From IMG/VR virus record IMGVR_UViG_3300032288_004964, positions 248,001 to 312,000 of that record: DNA of 64,000 nt. One strand, written 5' to 3'. A model generated the notes under the pieces. That model saw nothing but the letters and a program-made list of their open reading frames with translations, was not told the DNA's origin and ran no database searches. Of the stretch, positions 1 to 8,627 are shown one piece after another. Within the stretch, counting starts at the first letter, position 1. The number at the start of each line of letters is the position of its first letter. The position numbers and the translations under genes are program-made.

Positions 1-3000
1 AATCCATCAACACTTACTGCTACAAGACAAGAAACTGATGATGTCATAGATGTTATAATGATATCATTAGCATGAGCCGTATATTGTCTACTTGCGGTTA
101 TGTTAGATCCTAAAATAGAAGATCCTGTCATACCATTTGTAGTATTATTACATCCACCAATTATAGAACCAAATGGTGCATTTGAAGTATTACAATAACC
201 CCCACCTATAGCAGAATAAGATGAGCAATATCCAGAAATTGTATTTTGTTGACCACCTCCTATTGTTGAAAATGATGAATTAGTACCTGATATTGTATTT
301 GCTATACCACCTCCTATTGTTGAATTAATTGAAGAATACCCAGAGATTGTATTTGAATTACCACCATTTATAGTTGAGTGATACGAATAATAACCTGAGA
401 TTGTATTTTGTTGACCACCACCTATATTTGAGTTATTTGAATATTGACCACTTATTGAGTTTAATGATCCACCATTTATAGTTGAGTTGTATGAGTTGAA
501 TCCAGATATTGTATTTTGTTGACCACCTCCTACTGTTGAACTATATGAATTAAATCCAGATATTGTATTTAATGTACCACCGCTTATAGTTGATCTATAT
601 GAATTTGTACCAGATATTACGTTTTGAACACCTCCGCTTATAGTTGAGCAATGTGAATAAGTACCACATATTTTGTTTAAGCGTCCGCCTCCTATTGTTG
701 AATCTATTGAGCAGTATCCAGATATTTCGTTTTGTCTACCACCAGATATAGTTGATTGATGAGAGAATTGACCTGAGATTGTATTTTGACATCCACCACT
801 TATAGTTGAAGAGTTACTAGTAGCTCCAGAGATAATATTACAAGAACCTCCACTTATTGTTGAATAATATGAAATATTTCCAGAGATTAAATTACAATAT
901 CCACCGCTTATAGTTGAAATAGTAGAAGTATTACCAGAGATTGTATTAAGTTTACCACCACCTATAAATGATTGATATGAGTAAAGACCAGAAACTATAT
1001 TATAATAACCACCACTTATAGTTGAAAAACATGAATTGGTACCAGAAATTGAATTAGATCTACCACCGCTTATAGTTGAATATTCCGAATTAATTCCAGA
1101 TATTATATTGGCGTTTCCTCCTCCTATTGCTGAAAAAAATGAGTTAGAACCAGAGATTGTATTACAAGAACCTCCTCCTATTGTCGAATTATCTGAATTA
1201 GGACCAGATATTGTGTTCGTCTGTCCACCGGATATAGTAGAGTAATATGAATTAATTCCAGAAATTGTATTATCACATCCACCACTTATAGTTGATTGAT
1301 ATGAATTTGTACCTGAAATTTTATTTAATTGACCACCAGATATAGTGGAATAATAAGAAGATTTACCAGAGATTGTATTAGTACTACCACCACCTATAGC
1401 TGAGTAATATGAACATTCTCCAGAGATTGTATTTGTTAGACCACCACTTATTGTAGATCTATATGAATTTGTACCTGAAATTATATTATTATAACCCCCA
1501 CCTATAGTAGAAGAATCTGAATTATATCCTGATATTGTATTAGTACCACCACCACTTATAGTTGATTGATATGAATAACAACCAGAGATTGTATTAGTAC
1601 TACCACCACTTATAGTTGATTTTTGTGAGTAAAAACCAGAGATTGTATTAGTACTACCACCACTTATAGTTGATTTTTGTGAATAATATCCAGATATTGT
1701 ATTTTGCTGACCACCTCCTATAGTTGATAAGCACGCACTGTAGTATGATGAAACTGTATTACAACATCCACCACTTATAGTTGATAAACATGAACTCTCT
1801 ATACAATTACAATAACCACCACTTATAGTTGAACAATTTGAGCTAGATATATAATTAAAATAACCACCACTTATAGTTGATCTATATGAATAAGAGCAGA
1901 TCATATTTGCTTCACCACCACTTATAGTTGATAAGCATGAGTCAGTTATACAATTATTCCAACCGCCGCCTATATTAGAGTAATTTGATGCTCTTATTGT
2001 ATTAGAGACTCCACCACTTATAGTTGATAACCATGAAGAACTACATATTGTATTAAATTGACCACCACCTATAGCAGATCTAAGAGATCCGTCACATATT
2101 GTATTACTAGAACCACCAACTATATTAGATGCTAATGAGTTTGAAATTATATTTTGGCTACCACCTGATATAGTTGAGGTGGAACCTGAACTTGTTCCGC
2201 TTATTACATTAAGTTGACCACCTGATATAGTTGATGATCCTGAATTTGTTCCAGATATTGTATTATTTCTTCCACCACCTATAGTAGACCAACAAGAACT
2301 TGTAGCTGATATTATATTATTACAACCACCACTTATAGTGGATTGACGAGAAGAACTAGATATTGTATTAGAATTACCACCACTTACCGTTGAGCAAGCA
2401 CCAGCTGCACTATTACTTAATCCACATCTTTCAGTAGATCCAAGTCCCGAACCTAAAACAATAATTGCTGATGCTGATAATCCTGGACCAGTTGGACCTT
2501 GTATACCTTGTGGACCTTGTGGACCCGGAGATCCTTGAGATGCTAAAAGTGCCCAACTTATAGTATCAATATCTGGTGATGATGTTGTTGGTCCGACTGG
2601 ACTTAAACAAAACCAAGATGCACTTGCATACCCAACTGCATCATTAATTGAATATGATGCTCCACTTGACCAAGATCCCTGCCAAGTTAAACCAGCAGGA
2701 CCTACTGGACCAGCAACACCTTGAGGTCCTATTGGACCTTGTGCACCAATTGAGCCGCTAGTTCCAGATGTGCCAGTTGTTCCAGATGTGCCAGATGTAC
2801 CTGTTGTACCGGATGTTCCACTCGTACCTGATGTTCCAGTTGTACCGGAAGTACCACTTGTTCCATTACTACCATCAGTACCATCTATACCAGATAATCC
2901 AGATGTTCCTGAAGTACCAGATGTTCCTGAAGTACCAGATGTACCGGAAGTGCCATTAGTACCATTAGTTCCAGTAGCTCCGGTTATGGTAACATAAGCA

Positions 3001-3848
3001 CCTGTTAAATTAACCCACCATTGACTATAAGTATTACCAACAGATTCTGAATAGTTAACTACTATTGCCATTGTTCCTGAAATAGGATCATAAGAATCTA
3101 CTTCACCAATCATATATCCACCATAAGTATCTACAACATAATCATCTATGTATAAACCAGGAAAATAATCAAACATAACGACTGACTGGCCATATGAATA
3201 AGCCAACCCAGGCTGAACTTGAAAATTAACAACATATCCAACACCAGGTACTTCAATAGTTGTACTTGATGTACCTCTATATCTATCACCTACTGGACCT
3301 GTTGCTCCGGTAGGACCTTGTAATCCTATTGATCCTGTAAATCCTTGAGGACCAGTAGGACCAGATATCCAATATCCAGATAGGTTTACATACCATTGAC
3401 TATAGGTGTTACCAACAGATTCAGAATAATTAACAACTAATGATATAGATCCTGTTATTTTATCATAAGAATCTACTTCACCAATAATATATCCACCGTA
3501 AGTATCTACAGTATAGTCATCTACATATAGTCCTGGGAAATAATCAAACATAACAACAGACTGACCATATGTATATGCTAAATCAGGTTGAATATTAAAG
3601 TTAATTACACTACCAACTAAAGGAACTTCTATTGTATTACTTGATGTGCCTCTATATCTATCACCAAATCCAGTTGCTCCCGTGGGACCAATACCACCAC
3701 TAGTAGCAGTTGATCCAATTGGGGTAATAACTCCAAATTGGTCTTTTTGTTTTAAAATATTATCTACATCATATGCAACTAAATAACCAGTTGAAGGTGT
3801 AGCTGCTGTAGTTAAAGACATTGTATTCCCAAAAAGTATAGAACTCAT
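1..3848 (-). CDS. Large tail-fibre/adhesin-like protein, 3'-truncated by the window edge; duplicated ~95-aa domain, collagen-like GxY and GTS repeats, ~18-aa STISGGxxNTISG repeats
   Basis: ATG at 3848 (MSSILFGNTMSL...); frame read as open to the window start, so it is absent from the ORF track; AATATATA motif upstream. Confidence 0.8.
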   Translation of the reverse strand, partial: MSSILFGNTMSLTTAATPSTGYLVAYDVDNILKQKDQFGVITPIGSTATSGGIGPTGATGFGDRYRGTSSNTIEVPLVGSVINFNIQPDLAYTYGQSVVMFDYFPGLYVDDYTVDTYGGYIIGEVDSYDKITGSISLVVNYSESVGNTYSQWYVNLSGYWISGPTGPQGFTGSIGLQGPTGATGPVGDRYRGTSSTTIEVPGVGYVVNFQVQPGLAYSYGQSVVMFDYFPGLYIDDYVVDTYGGYMIGEVDSYDPISGTMAIVVNYSESVGNTYSQWWVNLTGAYVTITGATGTNGTNGTSGTSGTSGTSGTSGTSGLSGIDGTDGSNGTSGTSGTTGTSGTSGTSGTTGTSGTSGTTGTSGTSGSIGAQGPIGPQGVAGPVGPAGLTWQGSWSSGASYSINDAVGYASASWFCLSPVGPTTSSPDIDTISWALLASQGSPGPQGPQGIQGPTGPGLSASAIIVLGSGLGSTERCGLSNSAAGACSTVSGGNSNTISSSSRQSTISGGCNNIISATSSCWSTIGGGRNNTISGTNSGSSTISGGQLNVISGTSSGSTSTISGGSQNIISNSLASNIVGGSSNTICDGSLRSAIGGGQFNTICSSSWLSTISGGVSNTIRASNYSNIGGGWNNCITDSCLSTISGGEANMICSYSYRSTISGGYFNYISSSNCSTISGGYCNCIESSCLSTISGGCCNTVSSYYSACLSTIGGGQQNTISGYYSQKSTISGGSTNTISGFYSQKSTISGGSTNTISGCYSYQSTISGGGTNTISGYNSDSSTIGGGYNNIISGTNSYRSTISGGLTNTISGECSYYSAIGGGSTNTISGKSSYYSTISGGQLNKISGTNSYQSTISGGCDNTISGINSYYSTISGGQTNTISGPNSDNSTIGGGSCNTISGSNSFFSAIGGGNANIISGINSEYSTISGGRSNSISGTNSCFSTISGGYYNIVSGLYSYQSFIGGGKLNTISGNTSTISTISGGYCNLISGNISYYSTISGGSCNIISGATSNSSTISGGCQNTISGQFSHQSTISGGRQNEISGYCSIDSTIGGGRLNKICGTYSHCSTISGGVQNVISGTNSYRSTISGGTLNTISGFNSYSSTVGGGQQNTISGFNSYNSTINGGSLNSISGQYSNNSNIGGGQQNTISGYYSYHSTINGGNSNTISGYSSINSTIGGGIANTISGTNSSFSTIGGGQQNTISGYCSSYSAIGGGYCNTSNAPFGSIIGGCNNTTNGMTGSSILGSNITASRQYTAHANDIIITSMTSSVSCLVAVSVDG
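150..2400 (-). repeat. Degenerate ~54-bp coding tandem repeat (beta-helix/YadA-head-like motif)
   Basis: Recurrent gattgtatt...ccaccacttatagttga with ~54-nt period, e.g. near-identical units at ~1587-1695. Confidence 0.85.
2755..2980 (-). repeat. 9-bp coding repeat encoding (GTS)n
   Basis: gttccagat/gtaccagat units; the + strand VPD ORFs are its shadow. Confidence 0.85.
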
Positions 3849-3928
3849 GTATAAGATTTATTTTATTATAGTGTATATATTATTTTATTAAATCCTTTTT
3901 ATTTTTTATCTTTGTAAAAAGAAATAAA

Positions 3929-4351
3929 ATGGGACATTGTATATCAGTATATTTAATTAAAAAAGAAGATTTAAGAGATGAAAAACTATCTGAAGTATTA
4001 GATGGTAAAAAACAAACAAAGATTGTCTGGACAGAGTTAAAAGAAGGAATTTTAGCTACTCCATTCATACCAGATATTAGAGAATTCGGTAGAGATAAAA
4101 CAATTGCTAAAATTGAAACCGACTATTTTGGAGGACCCGGTTATCAGGAAGCTAAACTATTTGTAAATAATAAGAAAGAATATAATAAGTCTAGTGAGTT
4201 TGACCATTTAGTAAGTCCTATTAATGATGTACTAAAACTAATGGGTATTATTAAAAGGGAAGGTATGGATGAATTTGATACTATTGGGTTAGGAAACTAT
4301 AGATCTAATAGAGATTTTAACCACCAAGAAGCAGAAATTGGAGAATTATAA
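3929..4351 (+). CDS. Hypothetical protein
   Basis: ORF track; TATCTTTG promoter element just upstream. Confidence 0.7.
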   Translation: MGHCISVYLIKKEDLRDEKLSEVLDGKKQTKIVWTELKEGILATPFIPDIREFGRDKTIAKIETDYFGGPGYQEAKLFVNNKKEYNKSSEFDHLVSPINDVLKLMGIIKREGMDEFDTIGLGNYRSNRDFNHQEAEIGEL

Positions 4352-4917
4352 TGAAAAAAGAAGAAATACTAAGTAGTAGAAAAAAATCAATTTATATTTA
4401 TAAAAACACATTTACTACAGGTATAGTAGATGGTCAGTTTATTTTAGATAGAGATTTATTTGATAAACATTGTAGAAAATATGACTTTATACATGGTGAC
4501 ATTAAATCTCCAAATATAATGGGTCAATATTTTTTATATGAGTCTTTAATAGATGGTAGGTTTAAGTCAAATATGTTACACGATCTTGAGTTACATTATC
4601 CAAAATTAGGAGTCTATTTAAACTCTCTTCCATGTGATCAAACAATTGAAGTTGAATGGGTTGATTACAGGAGAACTTGGGAATGGAATATTGAATATGA
4701 TTACAATTACCAGGAAAAGGTATATCAAAATTATATGGCTGAAATTCCAACCGAGATCCAAAGACTACCTCTTTGGTCTGACTCTTTATTAGTTTATGGT
4801 GTTTGGGATTCTAAACCAAATTGGAAACAACTAAAACAAGCTTATGAAAAAACTTGGTGGTTTCATAGAAGTGTAGAAGACCTGAGAGACCTACAATTAG
4901 AAAGATTATTAAAATGA
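4351..4917 (+). CDS. Hypothetical protein (C-terminal RDxxLxxLL motif)
   Basis: ORF track, coupled starts and stops. Confidence 0.7.
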   Translation: MKKEEILSSRKKSIYIYKNTFTTGIVDGQFILDRDLFDKHCRKYDFIHGDIKSPNIMGQYFLYESLIDGRFKSNMLHDLELHYPKLGVYLNSLPCDQTIEVEWVDYRRTWEWNIEYDYNYQEKVYQNYMAEIPTEIQRLPLWSDSLLVYGVWDSKPNWKQLKQAYEKTWWFHRSVEDLRDLQLERLLK

Positions 4918-5207
4918 TTAAAGACTTCAATTACATAAAATATCCAGAAGATAGATTATATCTAAGGGTTGGTAATTTATGTCAAGTTATGAAAGACAAT
5001 CTCCAAGCAAAGAGCTTTACAATATCTTGGGTGTATTTGGCTGAGATTCAAAGAAGAATAAAGTCTGATGTCGATCCCGAAGAAATTAAGAGAATTGAAT
5101 CACATCTTCTTTCACCTGAATTTATTAATCAAAAGTGTTTTAGTGATTCGGATAAACAAAACCTCAAATCAATTATTAGAGAATATAAACTAAAGCAAAT
5201 TCTATGA
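4914..5207 (+). CDS. Hypothetical protein (C-terminal REYKLKQIL)
   Basis: ORF track, ATGA overlap. Confidence 0.7.
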   Translation: MIKDFNYIKYPEDRLYLRVGNLCQVMKDNLQAKSFTISWVYLAEIQRRIKSDVDPEEIKRIESHLLSPEFINQKCFSDSDKQNLKSIIREYKLKQIL

Positions 5208-5479
5208 GTTGGGATGGAATATACGCAAAAGATAGAGTTTATCCACAATTTGAGCCTGGTGATGAAGTATTTACAACTAAAAGTAGTTGGAGAGCAATTA
5301 GTGCCAATAAACCATATCAAGTTGTTAAATGTCACAAGAAACCAGGTATGACCGTTGATATTTGGGTCATTACTTTAATAACCGATGGTGGATATGAAAG
5401 TGATTATGCTTCCTATCAGTTTCAGAAAACAAAAAGACAAATAAGAGAAGATAAAATTAAATCTATACTTAATATCTAG
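5204..5479 (+). CDS. Hypothetical protein (C-terminal REDKIKSIL)
   Basis: ORF track, ATGA overlap. Confidence 0.7.
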   Translation: MSWDGIYAKDRVYPQFEPGDEVFTTKSSWRAISANKPYQVVKCHKKPGMTVDIWVITLITDGGYESDYASYQFQKTKRQIREDKIKSILNI

Positions 5480-5834
5480 GAATTTTCATATCCGTAGTAA
5501 TCTCTATCTTAAATCCAAATCCTGTATCTTCATCTGAACTATATTTAACTTCAGAATCATATCCGTTTCTACCATCAAATGTAGTTGGTCTTGGACCATA
5601 CATTCTTTGTTGTCTTCTCATTTCTTCTTCTTTTAACTTAGCTTCATGTTGGGCAACCATTTCTTCAAATGTTAATCCTTGTTGTTCAACCTGTTGCGGC
5701 TCTTGATGTGTAGAAAATTGTTGAGGTTGATGTCCATATTTTCTTAATAATTGTTCAGCTTCCCAACTATTAATATTAGCTGGTTGAGTATGTTCTTCTT
5801 GACTTTGGACTATTCTTACTTGAGGTCTTTCCAT
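5469..5834 (-). CDS. Hypothetical Q/E-rich protein
   Basis: ORF track. Confidence 0.65.
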   Translation of the reverse strand: MERPQVRIVQSQEEHTQPANINSWEAEQLLRKYGHQPQQFSTHQEPQQVEQQGLTFEEMVAQHEAKLKEEEMRRQQRMYGPRPTTFDGRNGYDSEVKYSSDEDTGFGFKIEITTDMKIPRY

Positions 5835-5843
5835 AATATTAAA

Positions 5844-6320
5844 TTAAGTTTTTATCAAATTAATTCTATTTCCACCAAAGTATTCTAATTTGTAACCAGG
5901 TATAGGATTTCTTTGTAAGTATCTTAAATAAACTTTTGTTCTTTGTGATATATATTCTTTTTCTTGTTCCTTTGGAAGACCAACCATTGTTATTTTTTTA
6001 ACCCAAGATTTTCTTTTTATAAAATCTTTTAATATACCACCAAATATAGTTTCTACCGTTCTATATAAATTAACATTTACAATTTTAGAAACTTCATAGT
6101 ATTCTTTTTCTGGATCATATACAAAATATGACAATTCATATTCTGTTCCTAAATTATTTGATTTAAGTATAGGTATATTTTTAAATTCAACTAGATACCA
6201 ATTATCAATAGTATCTTGAAATCTATATCTTACTTTTTTATCATTATCGGAAGCCAATTCCCAAGAATAAGATTCAACAGATTCTAATAATAAATCATAT
6301 ATAGAATTAATATATTTCAT
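5844..6320 (-). CDS. Hypothetical protein, putative late gene
   Basis: ORF track; TAATATATA motif immediately upstream. Confidence 0.7.
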   Translation of the reverse strand: MKYINSIYDLLLESVESYSWELASDNDKKVRYRFQDTIDNWYLVEFKNIPILKSNNLGTEYELSYFVYDPEKEYYEVSKIVNVNLYRTVETIFGGILKDFIKRKSWVKKITMVGLPKEQEKEYISQRTKVYLRYLQRNPIPGYKLEYFGGNRINLIKT

Positions 6321-6406
6321 AGTATTATATATTAAATTTGAAAATATTTAAATTATTTTTAAAAAATAACAAAACAAAGAATAAATATTTAATATATAGT
6401 ATATAT

Positions 6407-6502
6407 TGCGGGGTAGAGAAGTGGTCAACTCGCTAGGCTCATTTTAGACTATCTAATGAAGAAATAACCTAGAGATCACAGGTTCGAATCCTGTCCCCGC
6501 TA
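6407..6502 (+). tRNA. Initiator-type tRNA-Met(CAT) with 23-nt insertion in the anticodon loop
   Basis: TGCGGGG/CCCCGCT acceptor with 1:72 mismatch; CTAGG-CTCAT[23 nt]AA-CCTAG; GGTTCGAATCC. Confidence 0.8.
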
Positions 6503-6590
6503 CAAAAAGGAAGATTTGAAACCCAACAAAAAAAGATTATATAAACGGGGTTCTTTTGAAATTCATTTCTTCTGAAGAATTAAAAAAATA

Positions 6591-6623
6591 TTTGGTGATT
6601 AATAAAAATCACCTTATATTTGT
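6591..6623 (+). promoter_or_regulatory. Bacteroidota-type sigma promoter (-33 TTTG, -7 TATATTTG) driving leader 1 and tRNA cluster 1
   Basis: tttggtgattaataaaaatcaccttatatttgta. Confidence 0.75.
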
Positions 6624-6656
6624 AAAAGAAAATTAAAACATATTAAAAATTAAAAA

Positions 6657-6737
6657 ATGAACACAACTACTAACATATTGTCTTATTATTATGAGGAGAA
6701 AAACCCTTCTATCAGACAAGTATTGTTTGTGTTGTAA
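6657..6737 (+). CDS. Attenuator leader peptide 1 (Tyr/Glu sensor) MNTTTNILSYYYEEKNPSIRQVLFVL
   Basis: TAT TAT TAT GAG GAG run; followed by a terminator and Tyr/Glu tRNAs. Confidence 0.85.
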   Translation: MNTTTNILSYYYEEKNPSIRQVLFVL

Positions 6738-6758
6738 TTATTATTATAATATTAAATG

Positions 6759-6795
6759 AAACCCAGTCTGATTATCAGACTGGGTTTTTTGTTTT
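6759..6795 (+). terminator. Attenuator terminator 1
   Basis: aaacccagtctga-tta-tcagactgggttt plus U tract; ATCAGAC at 6711-6717 in the leader is complementary to the 5' arm. Confidence 0.85.
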
Positions 6796-6815
6796 ATATA
6801 TGTTCTTTGAAAATT

Positions 6816-6906
6816 GGGAGTATAACGTCAGCGGAATGTAAGCCGCCCCTCGTAAATATATGGCGTATGGCTTGAGGTAACTAGTGTTCGAATCCTGGTA
6901 CTCCCA
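6816..6906 (+). tRNA. Atypical tRNA-Tyr-like gene (irregular anticodon arm containing GTA)
   Basis: GGGAGTA/TACTCCC acceptor identical to tRNA-Tyr at 7660; TTCGAATCC T-loop. Confidence 0.5.
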
Positions 6907-6911
6907 CAAAT

Positions 6912-6983
6912 GGTCTTGTCGACTAATGGTTAGGTCAACACCCTTTCAAGGTGTAGATGCGGGTTCGATCCCCGTCAAGACTA
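6912..6983 (+). tRNA. tRNA-Glu(TTC)
   Basis: Cloverleaf; acacc-CTTTCAA-ggtgt. Confidence 0.9.
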
Positions 6984-6992
6984 CAAATAAAT

Positions 6993-7078
6993 GCTACGGT
7001 ATGCAAACCGGAATAAGCGACCAGACTTTCAATCTGGACATCGAAAGATGTGTGCGGGTTCGAGCCCCGTCCGTAGTA
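6993..7078 (+). tRNA. tRNA with TTC (Glu) anticodon and long variable arm
   Basis: ccaga-CTTTCAA-tctgg; acatc-gaaa-gatgt V-arm; A73. Confidence 0.8.
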
Positions 7079-7081
7079 CAA

Positions 7082-7223
7082 AAATATCAGGAGTACCTGT
7101 CGTAGAAAGTTAATCACTTTCCCTGATATTTATAAAACTCAATGAAGTAAGTGACTTTAGGTAGTACCGACAGGAGGGTGAATTTGATTAAGTTCTTTGG
7201 GGTTCGAATCCCACCATTGAGTT
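7082..7223 (+). ncRNA. Hairpin plus tRNA-like element (acceptor stem and T-arm) with potential mutual pairing
   Basis: actcaatg/cattgagt stem; GGTTCGAATCC; cctgtcg(7096)/cgacagg(7168) complementarity. Confidence 0.45.
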
Positions 7224-7228
7224 GTTTT

Positions 7229-7312
7229 GGGAATGCGCCAACGTTGGAGAGTTGGGCTAGTCTGTAAAACTAGTGGCTTATGCCTGAGTGAGTTCGATTC
7301 TCACCATTCCCA
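7229..7312 (+). tRNA. tRNA-Tyr(GTA)
   Basis: ctagt-CTGTAAA-actag; long V-arm. Confidence 0.85.
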
Positions 7313-7316
7313 CAAG

Positions 7317-7541
7317 ATGAAGATAATAGATTTTTTAATACAAGTAGGTACCTTCAAAAGTAAAGGTGAGGCAATTAGAGCTGTAAAAAACAAAATGACT
7401 TTGAAGATAAGAGGTACTGATGAAAGTAATGTTCAATATAAAGATATCATAATAGATGAAAGTAATATAAATGGTTATATCTATATTGAAAATGAAAAGG
7501 TTTATGTAACAAATTTTGATATAAAAGATTTGGTAGATTGA
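7317..7541 (+). CDS. Small S4-like RNA-binding-domain protein
   Basis: True start likely ATG 7317 after the tRNA; IIDFLIQVGTFKSKGEAIRAV resembles the S4 motif of the TyrRS C-terminus. Confidence 0.55.
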   Translation: MKIIDFLIQVGTFKSKGEAIRAVKNKMTLKIRGTDESNVQYKDIIIDESNINGYIYIENEKVYVTNFDIKDLVD

Positions 7542-7578
7542 ACTTTTTTATTTATCTTTGTAAAACAAATATAAAAAT

Positions 7579-7651
7579 GCACCGTTAGTGAAGCGGCTAA
7601 CACGTCTCCCTTTCACGGAGAAGATCATCGGTTCGAACCCGATACGGTGTA
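7579..7651 (+). tRNA. tRNA-Glu(TTC)
   Basis: tctcc-CTTTCAC-ggaga; own TTTG...TATCTTTG promoter at ~7529-7562. Confidence 0.9.
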
Positions 7652-7659
7652 CAAATTTT

Positions 7660-7739
7660 GGGAGTATCGCATAGCGGCAATTGCAGTAGACTGTAAATCT
7701 ACCCTTTCGAGTTCGAAGGTTCGAGTCCTTCTACTCCCA
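7660..7739 (+). tRNA. tRNA-Tyr(GTA)
   Basis: gtaga-CTGTAAA-tctac. Confidence 0.9.
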
Positions 7740-7743
7740 CAAA

Positions 7744-8373
7744 TTATATATCAGAGTCACTCCTAAGTAATCCACACTTTTGACACTCTTCAAATCCATC
7801 ACCATCTTTATCTCCCCAAATGTGTTCACAATTTCTGTGTTCAAAATATTCATCAATATCCCCATCACCATCAGTATCATATCCGTCATTAACACCATCA
7901 CCATCTTCATCAACTTCAACCTTTTCAAAAACAGGTTTTGACTCGACTGGAATATTAACTACTTCAGTTTTTCTTTTCATTGATGATGTATAGTCAGGCA
8001 TAACTGTTTCTTTCTTTGGTTCATCCGGAAACTCACCTGCTTTTGAAAGTGACATTCCATCCTCTTCATCAACTTTTTGAATTAACATTTTATCTCTATC
8101 TTCTGAATTAAATCAATAATCAATAACTTTATTTAAATTACCAACAAAAGCACCTAATAAAATTAATAACATTTCTTTCCAGTCCTCTCCAATTGATATT
8201 CCAAAAAATACCGCTGAATTAATACCAACAATTATAAGTATAAATATACCTAATACTATGGCGGTTATTCTCCATCTATTTGCCTGCATTTGCTGAAGCA
8301 TATAATAAAATCTATTTTTATCTTCAACTTTTATATAATCTGTTTTACTACTAAAGAATTTTCCCAATCCCAT
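7744..8373 (-). CDS. Two-TM membrane protein with acidic DxDGDG C-terminus, interrupted by an in-frame TGA at 8113-8115
   Basis: ORFs 8113..8373 and 7744..8088 share a frame and are joined by TGA-TTT-AAT-TCA-GAA-GAT-AGA-GAT-AAA. Confidence 0.6.
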
Positions 8374-8476
8374 AATTAATTTTTATTTTTATATATTAAT
8401 TTAAAAATAAAAAAAATAAAAAAATTATTAGGGGGAGTGAAACTTTTTATATATATTTGTATAAGAGATTAAAACT

Positions 8477-8560
8477 ATGAAAAATTTACATAACATATCA
8501 ATAGCGATTATAGCGGGCGGCGCGGGGAGCGACTGTCATTGGCTGAGTTATGTGTTGTAA
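8477..8560 (+). CDS. Attenuator leader peptide 2 (Ile/Ala/Gly sensor) MKNLHNISIAIIAGGAGSDCHWLSYVL
   Basis: ATA/GCG/GGC/GGG codon run; followed by a terminator and Ile/Gly/Ala tRNAs. Confidence 0.85.
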   Translation: MKNLHNISIAIIAGGAGSDCHWLSYVL

Positions 8561-8587
8561 ATAATAAATATATTTATAATAATATTG

Positions 8588-8618
8588 AAACCCAGTCACA
8601 AAATGACTGGGTTTTTTT
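8588..8618 (+). terminator. Attenuator terminator 2
   Basis: aaacccagtca-caaaa-tgactgggttt plus U tract; tggctgagtt (8540-8549) can pair with the 5' arm. Confidence 0.85.
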
Positions 8619-8627
8619 AATTTATAT

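Noticed and set aside
150-2400. Periodic repeats as a possible CRISPR array
   Set aside because: Repeats are degenerate at third codon positions, keep frame and encode a protein motif; no cas genes are present.
1036-2997. Plus-strand ORFs 1036..1245, 2768..2959 and 2770..2997
   Set aside because: Antisense shadows of the repeat-rich minus-strand fibre gene.
6884-7316. ORFs 6884..7105, 6935..7117 and the 5' extension of 7227..7541
   Set aside because: They overlap clear tRNA genes.
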